Part shown: positions 1 through 6,690 of the stretch, in pieces
Layout of the letters: each line of letters starts with the position of its first letter
Position numbering within the stretch: the stretch's first letter is position 1
IMG/VR virus record: IMGVR_UViG_2895706988_000001
Location: 1-36,603 of that record
DNA length: 36,603 nucleotides
Strand: one strand, 5' to 3'
DNA from: a virus
Notes under the pieces: generated by a model
What the model saw: only the letters and a program-made list of their open reading frames with translations
What the model was told of the DNA's origin: nothing
Database searches by the model: none
Program-made: the position numbers and the translations under genes

Positions 1-471
1 TTAGTTTTCTGATATTTTTATTCTAATAAATTGTGTCATTTCAGGCAAGTCATCGTTCTTGATCATACGAATCGTATAAGACTTATCACTTAAATGTTCA
101 CGATTGACCTTTAAGAATAAGTTCCCGAAACTATCTTCCTGCTTCTCGAAATCAACATCTTCCACATTACGATACGGAATAATATCATAGTATTTACGCT
201 TTGACCTCGGTTTGCTATGAATAAGGATGATTCTATCATCTAACAATAGAATTAAACCCGACTGATTTAAGTTAATCTGGCTATATGAAGCAAAGTAGAT
301 CAGTTCATTATTCTTTATATCTTTACAGATGACTTTAATTAACTTTATAAAGAATCTGCGTTCAGATTTTTTTATTCGTTTAAAGATTTTTGAGAACCTT
401 TTATATCTAACTGGATATTTAAGATTCGCAAGAACCTTCCGTGTTGAGAATTTATGTTGCATGATGTCCAC
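1..471 (-). CDS. Hypothetical protein (basic N-terminal half), chromosomal side of the tRNA operon
   Basis: Complete 156-aa ORF with stop at 1-3. No family recognised with confidence. Confidence 0.6.
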   Translation of the reverse strand: MDIMQHKFSTRKVLANLKYPVRYKRFSKIFKRIKKSERRFFIKLIKVICKDIKNNELIYFASYSQINLNQSGLILLLDDRIILIHSKPRSKRKYYDIIPYRNVEDVDFEKQEDSFGNLFLKVNREHLSDKSYTIRMIKNDDLPEMTQFIRIKISEN

Positions 472-533
472 CTTTTATCATTGGTTTATTCATAAATTAT
501 ACATCGATTAGATGCATTTCTCATTAAAATTTT

Positions 534-571
534 AAAGAAAAAAAGAGATTCTTTTCGTAAAAAAGAATCTC
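534..571 (-). terminator. Intrinsic terminator ending the tRNA operon
   Basis: Perfect 11-bp stem gagattctttt/aaaagaatctc (545-571) with a 5-nt loop. It is followed on the minus strand by a U-rich run (plus-strand A-run 534-544). Confidence 0.8.
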
Positions 572-577
572 GGTTAG

Positions 578-666
578 CGGAAGGTAAGGGATTTGAACCC
601 TTGAAACGCGGTTAGCGTTTACACACTTTCCAGGCGTGCTCCTTCGGCCAGCTCGGACAACCTTCC
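578..666 (-). tRNA. tRNA-Ser (anticodon GGA), long variable arm, no encoded CCA
   Basis: The reverse complement folds as a cloverleaf: acceptor GGAAGGT/ACCTTCC, anticodon loop CUGGAAA, T-arm AGGGTTCAAATCCCT. Confidence 0.9.
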
Positions 667-671
667 TAATT

Positions 672-704
672 AAAAAAATCAGAAGCGATATTTCACTTCT
701 GATT
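672..704 (-). terminator. Terminator-like hairpin between tRNA-Glu and tRNA-Ser
   Basis: 9-bp stem aatcagaag/cttctgatt (677-704), followed on the minus strand by UUUUUUA (plus-strand A-run 672-678). Confidence 0.6.
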
Positions 705-707
705 ATA

Positions 708-779
708 TGACCCCTACGGGATTCGAACCCGTGTTACCGCCGTGAAAGGGCGGTGTCTTAACCGCTTGACCAAGGGGCC
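708..779 (-). tRNA. tRNA-Glu (anticodon UUC)
   Basis: Reverse complement GGCCCCTTGGTCAAGCGG...; anticodon loop CUUUCAC; T-arm GGGTTCGAATCCC. Confidence 0.93.
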
Positions 780-783
780 TAAA

Positions 784-858
784 TGGCTCCACAGGTAGGA
801 CTCGAACCTACGACCGATCGGTTAACAGCCGATAGCTCTACCACTGAGCTACTGTGGA
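784..858 (-). tRNA. tRNA-Asn (anticodon GUU), CCA encoded
   Basis: Reverse complement TCCACAGTAGCTCAGTGGTAGAGC...; anticodon loop CUGUUAA; ends ...GGAGCCA. Confidence 0.93.
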
Positions 859-864
859 TAATGA

Positions 865-938
865 TGGAGCGGGTGATCGGAATCGAACCGACAACATCAG
901 CTTGGAAGGCTGAGGTTTTACCACTAAACTACACCCGC
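865..938 (-). tRNA. tRNA-Gly (anticodon UCC), CCA encoded
   Basis: Reverse complement GCGGGTGTAGTTTAGTGGTAAAAC...; anticodon loop CUUCCAA. Confidence 0.93.
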
Positions 939-945
939 TAATCAA

Positions 946-1022
946 TGGGGCGACTGATGGGAATCGAACCCACGAGTGTCGGAACCACAATCCGATGCGT
1001 TAACCACTTCGCCACAATCGCC
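946..1022 (-). tRNA. tRNA-His (anticodon GUG) with extra 5' G(-1), CCA encoded
   Basis: Reverse complement G-GCGATTGTGGCGAAGTGG...; anticodon loop UUGUGGU; 3' end ...CAGTCGC-C-CCA. Confidence 0.93.
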
Positions 1023-1037
1023 TTGCATAATAAAAGA

Positions 1038-1110
1038 TGGCTCAGGACGGAATCGAACCGCCGACACAAGGATTTTCAATCCTTTGCTCTACCGACTGAG
1101 CTACTGAGCC
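1038..1110 (-). tRNA. tRNA-Phe (anticodon GAA), CCA encoded
   Basis: Reverse complement GGCTCAGTAGCTCAGTCGGTAGAGC...; anticodon loop UUGAAAA. Confidence 0.93.
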
Positions 1111-1115
1111 AAACA

Positions 1116-1191
1116 TGGCGGTCCCGACGGGAATCGAACCCGCGATCTCCTGCGTGACAGGCAGGCATGTTAACCGCTACACCACGGGACC
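1116..1191 (-). tRNA. tRNA-Asp (anticodon GUC), CCA encoded
   Basis: Reverse complement GGTCCCGTGGTGTAGCGGTTAACA...; anticodon loop CUGUCAC. Confidence 0.93.
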
Positions 1192-1199
1192 ACTAATAA

Positions 1200-1273
<74 letters not shown>

Positions 1274-1311
1274 ATAATATTAAATAATGTCTCAAAAAAG
1301 AGTACTTATAT

Positions 1312-1340
1312 AATATAGCATTTTAATTTTGTGAATGCAA
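1312..1340 (-). promoter_or_regulatory. Sigma-A type promoter of the tRNA operon
   Basis: Minus strand reads TTGCAT (1340-1335), a 17-nt spacer, then TGcTATATT extended -10 (-10 at 1317-1312). An A/T-rich UP-like tract lies upstream. The promoter is about 38 nt upstream of tRNA-fMet. Confidence 0.7.
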
Positions 1341-1440
1341 TATTAAAAAAGTGTAAATAACCTCTTAATACGCATTAATATAACAAAACTTTTATAAACA
1401 ACAATATAAGTTTATGCTTCTTCAATATAATGATTGAGAC

Positions 1441-1474
1441 ATAAAAATAAGAACAAGGTGATTACCTTGTTCTT
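1441..1474 (-). terminator. Intrinsic terminator downstream of the 1637-2302 gene
   Basis: Perfect 11-bp stem aagaacaaggt/accttgttctt (1449-1474) with loop gatt. The minus-strand RNA continues AUUUUUAU. Confidence 0.8.
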
Positions 1475-1505
1475 CATAACGGAGATGGAGTCCGTCACTT
1501 TTACT

Positions 1506-1527
1506 ATAACAATATGCATATTGTTAT
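1506..1527. repeat. Perfect 22-bp palindrome ATAACAATATG|CATATTGTTAT
   Basis: Read directly. It lies in the non-coding stretch between the tRNA promoter and the first foreign gene. Confidence 0.9.
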
Positions 1528-1532
1528 GAAAT

Positions 1533-1562
1533 ATTGACCACGAATTGACCAAAAAATATAAT
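1533..1562 (+). promoter_or_regulatory. Promoter-like element plus direct repeat ATTGACCA x2 (1533-1540, 1544-1551)
   Basis: TTGACC (1534-1539), 17-nt spacer, TATAAT (1557-1562) on the plus strand. It points antisense into the 3' end of the 1637-2302 gene. Confidence 0.4.
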
Positions 1563-1636
1563 TGCACCTAATCAATCATGATAAGGTGCTTTCGGCTATT
1601 TAACCGAATATTAAATAATTCGGGTATATGGCAGGA

Positions 1637-2302
1637 TTATAAATATCTTTTAATGCTTCTATTAACATAGTTATCTACATTAATATCATACATCATCATG
1701 AAAAATAACTCTTCATCTTCTTCTTTATCTTTACGTTTGAAATATACTTGTCTTGCATGAGAATTTAAATCAGGTATCTCTATATAGTATTCATCATTTA
1801 CTTTAAATATATTTTCTTCTACTTCTTTATAGTATTTTGAAAACTCTTCTTTTATTCTTTTTATTTCATCAGCACGTAGAGCTAACTCAAACTTTTCCAT
1901 TTCAAATAATGCTTCTTCAACTGATTCACCTTTATATAAAGTGTCAACTAACGTATCTTTAACTTTATCATGAACATACATTTCAATTTGTTCACTATTC
2001 TCTTTAATAGCTACATTGTATTTGTTATTAATAAATATTTTTAAATACTTTTCTCCTTCAATTAAATTTTCATTATCTTTTTGTCTATAGCTTAACTCTT
2101 CTTTTACCTTATTGAATAATTCCATTTTCTCCATCTCCTTATATAATTTATATAATTGTTCAGCTTTTACTAAAGTGATGTTATCTAAACTTCTCTCACC
2201 TTTTCTAATTCTATGGATTGTCGATTGATCTACACCGCTCAAAGTCGCGATTTTGTTGCTGGATAAATCGCTGTCTAATAATTTTTGAATATTTTCTCTC
2301 AT
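1637..2302 (-). CDS. HTH DNA-binding protein with uncharacterised about 165-aa C-terminal domain (second gene of post-lysin cassette)
   Basis: 221-aa ORF. The N-terminus SNKIATLSGVDQSTIHRIRKGERSLD is a helix-turn-helix motif. The C-terminal part is acidic/lysine-rich with no recognisable family. Two 60-nt blocks (1801-1860 and 1981-2040) contain 11/60 G+C each. Confidence 0.75.
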   Translation of the reverse strand: MRENIQKLLDSDLSSNKIATLSGVDQSTIHRIRKGERSLDNITLVKAEQLYKLYKEMEKMELFNKVKEELSYRQKDNENLIEGEKYLKIFINNKYNVAIKENSEQIEMYVHDKVKDTLVDTLYKGESVEEALFEMEKFELALRADEIKRIKEEFSKYYKEVEENIFKVNDEYYIEIPDLNSHARQVYFKRKDKEEDEELFFMMMYDINVDNYVNRSIKRYL

Positions 2303-2321
2303 GCTAATTCTCTCCTTTTTA

Positions 2322-2717
2322 TTATGCTACTAAAACTGATTTTGGTGACCACATTTCAATATTTCCGTATTCAGTATCGAATGACACTAATACTGCTTTT
2401 TCTGTTTCTCTAATTACTTTTGAACCTGAACATTCATTTAAAACTGCGTATGCTTCATTTTGAGATAAGTTTTTGCGAATGATCCAAGCAGGAATGCCCT
2501 CAACATTTTGGTCTTTTTTAACTTCGACTTTAGGATAAGTTAAACGAGCTGCTGCACTATAGATAGCTTCAGCACCAAAACGCTTTTTATTGTAAGTTTT
2601 AACTTGTCTCCACACTTCTTTTAAAGCAAGTGATAAAGCGATTGCGTAATCTTCTACGAATTCAACGATTTGCTTAGCGATTTTGTGAGCTGATACCATC
2701 ATTTGTTTTTTAGTCAT
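2322..2717 (-). CDS. Hypothetical protein (first gene of post-lysin cassette)
   Basis: ATG at 2717 is preceded by AGGAG. The ORF-track start at 2726 is a TTG. 131 aa, no family recognised. Confidence 0.75.
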   Translation of the reverse strand: MTKKQMMVSAHKIAKQIVEFVEDYAIALSLALKEVWRQVKTYNKKRFGAEAIYSAAARLTYPKVEVKKDQNVEGIPAWIIRKNLSQNEAYAVLNECSGSKVIRETEKAVLVSFDTEYGNIEMWSPKSVLVA

Positions 2718-2765
2718 TTTAACCAATCTCCTTTTTAAATGTTGTTTGCTGTTCCTTATATTTAT

Positions 2766-2794
2766 ATATTACTATGACATTTGTCATAAGTCAA
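2766..2794 (-). promoter_or_regulatory. Strong sigma-A promoter of the post-lysin cassette
   Basis: Minus strand reads TTGACT (2794-2789), a 17-nt spacer, then TAATAT (2771-2766). The spacer is exactly the palindrome TATGACAAATGTCATA. Confidence 0.75.
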
Positions 2795-2817
2795 CACTTT
2801 TTATGACTTTTGTCATA
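2773..2817. promoter_or_regulatory. Two palindromic operators TATGAC-N4-GTCATA (2773-2788 and 2802-2817)
   Basis: tatgacatttgtcata and tatgacttttgtcata are 29 bp apart centre to centre. One fills the promoter spacer and one sits just upstream of the -35. Confidence 0.7.
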
Positions 2818-2830
2818 ATTATTTCAGACA

Positions 2831-2876
2831 AATAAAAAAGACACTGTACCTAGTCTAAAAAGACGTATACAGTGCC
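2831..2876 (-). terminator. Second terminator-like hairpin after the late operon
   Basis: 7-bp stem cactgta/tacagtg (2842-2848 / 2868-2874) with a structured 19-nt loop. The minus-strand RNA continues CUUUUUUAUUU. Confidence 0.5.
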
Positions 2877-2890
2877 TATTTCTAAAAGAT

Positions 2891-2991
2891 TCATAGCGCT
2901 AAAACTAAGACTACTACAAAAAAGTAAGCCTTAAAAATTCGCTTCATTCTAAATAAATCATAATGCTAAAACTAATACCACTACAAAAAAG
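2891..2991. repeat. Two 34-bp direct repeats (2891-2924, 2958-2991), 30/34 identical, 67-bp period
   Basis: tcatagcgctaaaactaagactactacaaaaaag versus tcataatgctaaaactaataccactacaaaaaag. Non-coding, between two terminators. Confidence 0.85.
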
Positions 2992-3030
2992 CTACTTATA
3001 ATTTATCATATGATTTATTTTTCTGCAAAT

Positions 3031-3068
3031 AATAAAAGCCCCACACTCATTAATTTGAGTGCAGGGCT
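3031..3068 (-). terminator. Intrinsic terminator of the late/lysis operon
   Basis: 13-bp stem with a 2-nt internal mismatch (3037-3068), immediately after the endolysin stop. The minus-strand RNA continues UUUUAUUAUUU. Confidence 0.75.
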
Positions 3069-3073
3069 ACAAT

Positions 3074-3838
3074 TTACTTAAATACTTTATTCACTTTCAT
3101 TCTTCCTAGCCATATCCAATCGTTTGAGCCTTTTCCTGTAAGATTACCTGTATAAATTCTTCCCCAACCATTGTGGATTTCAAAGATATATACTACATCT
3201 CCAGGCTTTAGTTCATATCCAGCTTTACGATTCCAATTGAAACCTTTAATACGATTACCAGAACGCTTTCTTACTTCTGCTCCTAGGTTATCAATCGTAC
3301 CTGTAACATAAGCAGTTAATGAGCGACCTCTATTGACCGCAGAATTAAATGGTAATGTGACTGTTGAATACTTCGTACTTTTTTGTGGTGCTTTCTTCTT
3401 AATAGAAGTAAATAGCGTTTCGTTTTTATAATTTGGTCTAATAAAGTGGCTGATCCCTGAGCAATCATCCCATCTTAAAGTTGCTGGTGTTCTCGCCTGT
3501 CCGTCCCAATTCTGCTCTAGCACCATACATCCATTTAAATTACCGCTATTGTACACTAAAGCGATATGTCCAAATCTATTATCAAATGCGCCACGAGTAA
3601 AGACTGCTATATCTCCACGTTGTTGTTGGAATGATGGTGTATTTTCATACACTGTAAACTGACCTTTGAAATCGTTATTGATGGCATCGCGCGCATTACC
3701 CCACATTCTAATTCCTGTAAGCCAGTAGACGTAATCTACAGTTAAATCCATGCACTGCATTCCGTATACACCATCGAAGTTTATATATTTGCCAACGTAC
3801 CAATCTATACGATTACTAGCTTCTGAATAAGTTTTCAT
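3074..3838 (-). CDS. Endolysin, N-terminal CHAP peptidase + C-terminal SH3b-like wall-binding domain
   Basis: CHAP signature (Cys in GMQCMDL, His in FGHIALV) and an SH3b-like C-terminus (GDVVYIFEIHNGWGRIY). It lies directly downstream of the holin. Confidence 0.9.
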   Translation of the reverse strand: MKTYSEASNRIDWYVGKYINFDGVYGMQCMDLTVDYVYWLTGIRMWGNARDAINNDFKGQFTVYENTPSFQQQRGDIAVFTRGAFDNRFGHIALVYNSGNLNGCMVLEQNWDGQARTPATLRWDDCSGISHFIRPNYKNETLFTSIKKKAPQKSTKYSTVTLPFNSAVNRGRSLTAYVTGTIDNLGAEVRKRSGNRIKGFNWNRKAGYELKPGDVVYIFEIHNGWGRIYTGNLTGKGSNDWIWLGRMKVNKVFK

Positions 3839-3840
3839 AC

Positions 3841-4092
3841 CTACTTCATCCCTTCATCTTTTAATACTTCTTCTTGTTTTCGTGCTTTTTTTGTGATGAT
3901 ATAGCTGTTCTTATACACTCCATATGCGACTAATCCGAATGGCACTAGCGTGTTTAAAAATACGACTAGCGCATTCACACGATCTGGATTTATCCATTCA
4001 ACTGATAGCCCGTAGCTGTAAAGTAATGTATATAAAGCACCTAACATTCCTCCGAATAAAGCGATGTATTGTTTCAATTTATCTTGTGTCAC
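3841..4092 (-). CDS. Holin
   Basis: 83 aa with two hydrophobic helices and a charged C-terminal tail (KKARKQEEVLKDEGMK). It abuts the endolysin. Confidence 0.85.
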   Translation of the reverse strand: MTQDKLKQYIALFGGMLGALYTLLYSYGLSVEWINPDRVNALVVFLNTLVPFGLVAYGVYKNSYIITKKARKQEEVLKDEGMK

Positions 4093-4134
4093 TTAAATCC
4101 CTCCAATAAAATAGGACACCTCATTGAGATGTCC

Positions 4135-4455
4135 TTAGTTTTCTAATTTCTTTTCTATTTTTTCTAAAGTCTTTGAAATATGTTTGTTTTCGGTCGTTAA
4201 CGTATGCAACAACTTTAAATCTTCTCCGATTTTTTTAATATCTTCTGATATTTCAGCTTTGTAAGAAGTGAATTCAGTTTTTAAATCTGAAATATCTTCT
4301 TTGTTACTTTTCACTTCTGCTTCAATCAAAACCATTCTGCCTTCATGCTTCTGTTTATCGTTACTTGTTTTTTGATAAACACCAAAAACAGTAAGTGATA
4401 AAGGCACTACCACTGTGATAAGCCATAACATTAAATCTCCTTGATCTAATTGCAT
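4135..4455 (-). CDS. Membrane-anchored coiled-coil protein of the lysis region
   Basis: 106 aa with an N-terminal TM helix (LMLWLITVVVPLSLTVFGVY) followed by a charged coiled-coil. Confidence 0.65.
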   Translation of the reverse strand: MQLDQGDLMLWLITVVVPLSLTVFGVYQKTSNDKQKHEGRMVLIEAEVKSNKEDISDLKTEFTSYKAEISEDIKKIGEDLKLLHTLTTENKHISKTLEKIEKKLEN

Positions 4456-4471
4456 GTCCCACTCTCCTTTT

Positions 4472-4795
4472 TTATACGTTTTCTAACTCTGCTAACCTTT
4501 TAAGTAACTCTTCTTTCTCAATCTCTACTGCTGATTTTTGCGGTACTTCAATCGTCATGCCATCTTTTACGATTAATAGACCATCTTTAAACAGCAATTT
4601 ATCTATTTGTTCTGGTATATACTTATCAACGATTAGCAGGGTTCCAGGCTCTGTTACTGTGAAAGCAAGACCACCGGAAAATTCTAATATATTACTCTCT
4701 TCATCTGTTTTCTTAATAAATAGTTTTGTCCTGGAAGTAATAACATCTCCAGATTCGTCATACAGAGATTCATACTGATTAATCAATCCACTCAC
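4472..4795 (-). CDS. Hypothetical tail/lysis-region protein
   Basis: 107-aa ORF translationally overlapping the upstream tail gene. No family recognised. Confidence 0.65.
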   Translation of the reverse strand: MSGLINQYESLYDESGDVITSRTKLFIKKTDEESNILEFSGGLAFTVTEPGTLLIVDKYIPEQIDKLLFKDGLLIVKDGMTIEVPQKSAVEIEKEELLKRLAELENV

Positions 4796-6680
4796 CTCGA
4801 TTCAGTCTGAATGAAGTCTTTAGTCCGTTACTTTGAACTAATTTAATTTTTACATACCAATCAAATCTCCTGTAATCAACAATCGCATTGAATATACTCT
4901 TCATGTCAATCATCATCTTAAAGCTGTAGTCTTCAGGATCACTTGAATTCGTTACTCTTTCTCGCTTATAAAAATAAGGCTCTGGATTATCTAATCCAAA
5001 CCTTGTAACTGCAATGTCTATATAGTTAGCATCTGTACTATCAGCACCTACTAAACGAGCAGTACCAGTTAATTCTAAGAAGTTCCCTCTAAACCTATCT
5101 CGAATGACATATACGCTTTTATATTCTGTTTTATCAGTATAGACGTTAACGCCATCGAAAGTAGTATCGAATATCTGGATGTTGGCCATCAATTCGTTCC
5201 TCATGCGTCCATCTACAAATAATTCTCTACCATCGTAACCAGTTAAAGTAAATGCACCTTTATTAGAATGGATTCTACCTTTTGAAATCATTGTATATAT
5301 TTCAGGATCACTAGCATCCCAAACTTTTAAATAATCTCCGGTGATCTCAATTCTATTTGTACCTTTATCACCATAAATGGTGACATTGTTAGCATTTATA
5401 GTACCTGCCGTAATTGCGTTGGCCACTATTCCTAAATACGTCATGGCGGTTTGATAATTCTGGCCACCATCTTGACTAAAACCGATTCCATTTGCATTAT
5501 ATCGAGTAACTCCGAGTGGATTTTCAGTATTGTAACCATAGATGCCATCCTCTCTATAATAGAATTGAGTGGTACTTCCAGCGTTAATGATTGCAGTTGC
5601 TTCACGGACCACTTTAGGTAGAATAGAAAATGGTATAGGTTTTTTACCGCGCATCATGTCAGCTACATCTCTAATCGCTTCGTATTGCATCTTGCTAAAT
5701 GCTGCAGCAATATTTTCATTACCGAAAGTGTATTGAATATCAATTAAATCAAGATCGTCATCAAACTGTTCTTTCAAATCCACAACACGTACATAAGTAT
5801 TGATGTTATACGATGGTGCTATGAATCGAACATAATCCCCTTCATTAAAAGGATTACCAATTATATTCGTTTTGATACTATATGAAATTTTATAAGAACT
5901 CTCCTGCTTCTCTTTACATGCTGCTTTGATTGCTTCCAGATTATTAAATCTTTCATCATAGATAGGCTCTCCCCAAATGACACCGTACTTTTCAGCCATA
6001 GGACTGATGTATGGATATTCTTGTGTCGGTACCAGCTCTTCTCCGTCCTTTGCATCTTTAGGCTTTTGAAAGTTGTAATAACCTTTAATAGCAGTACAGA
6101 ATGATGAACTATCTATATCTATACTTAAATCTTCTAGATTATCATCTTCGTGGATAATGACATCATTTCTTGTAACACCAATCTTATTTCTAAGTTGTAC
6201 GGTCTTTGTTCCAATCGGAATATTATATTCAGCATTAAAGCGATCTACAAAGTAACTGAATCTCTCTGTAGTATTTTGCTGCTTACCGTATGACATCGTA
6301 TTAGCGTAGAAATTATGAATAATCTGTAGTACATAGTCTTTACCATCAAATAAAGGTAACATCGCATCTTGTACTGTCATAGATTTATTCTCTACTTCAT
6401 CCATATGCCAGAATCCATTCATGTAAAAATAGAAATCTAACACACCACTGAATGACTTATTACCATTAACATCTGTCTTTTCATTAAAAAGGTGATACCA
6501 ATCGCCCTGAAAGTTTAACTTCCATCCAGTTTCAATATCTTTAATAAATTCATTATTGATTTCATTGCATAAAAAAGAGAGCGATATATCACGCTCTCCG
6601 TTAATCCTTCTCACACGCTCGACCTGAGCAGATGCTGTAAATATTTCGCCGCTTAAAGATTTGACTACAAGTTGAGTCAT
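4779..6680 (-). CDS. Tail-associated protein (Tal-like; phage minor structural protein N-terminal region)
   Basis: 633 aa. The N-terminus (SLSGEIFTASAQVERVRRINGERDISLSF) resembles the siphovirus Tal / prophage tail endopeptidase-family N-domain. Its position in the baseplate module fits. Confidence 0.7.
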   Translation of the reverse strand: MTQLVVKSLSGEIFTASAQVERVRRINGERDISLSFLCNEINNEFIKDIETGWKLNFQGDWYHLFNEKTDVNGNKSFSGVLDFYFYMNGFWHMDEVENKSMTVQDAMLPLFDGKDYVLQIIHNFYANTMSYGKQQNTTERFSYFVDRFNAEYNIPIGTKTVQLRNKIGVTRNDVIIHEDDNLEDLSIDIDSSSFCTAIKGYYNFQKPKDAKDGEELVPTQEYPYISPMAEKYGVIWGEPIYDERFNNLEAIKAACKEKQESSYKISYSIKTNIIGNPFNEGDYVRFIAPSYNINTYVRVVDLKEQFDDDLDLIDIQYTFGNENIAAAFSKMQYEAIRDVADMMRGKKPIPFSILPKVVREATAIINAGSTTQFYYREDGIYGYNTENPLGVTRYNANGIGFSQDGGQNYQTAMTYLGIVANAITAGTINANNVTIYGDKGTNRIEITGDYLKVWDASDPEIYTMISKGRIHSNKGAFTLTGYDGRELFVDGRMRNELMANIQIFDTTFDGVNVYTDKTEYKSVYVIRDRFRGNFLELTGTARLVGADSTDANYIDIAVTRFGLDNPEPYFYKRERVTNSSDPEDYSFKMMIDMKSIFNAIVDYRRFDWYVKIKLVQSNGLKTSFRLNRGEWID

Positions 6681-6690
6681 TTAATCACTC

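Noticed and set aside
945-1157. 70-aa plus-strand ORF across the tRNA cluster
   Set aside because: It lies entirely antisense to tRNA-His, tRNA-Phe and tRNA-Asp. It is an artefact of stop-free, GC-richer tRNA sequence.
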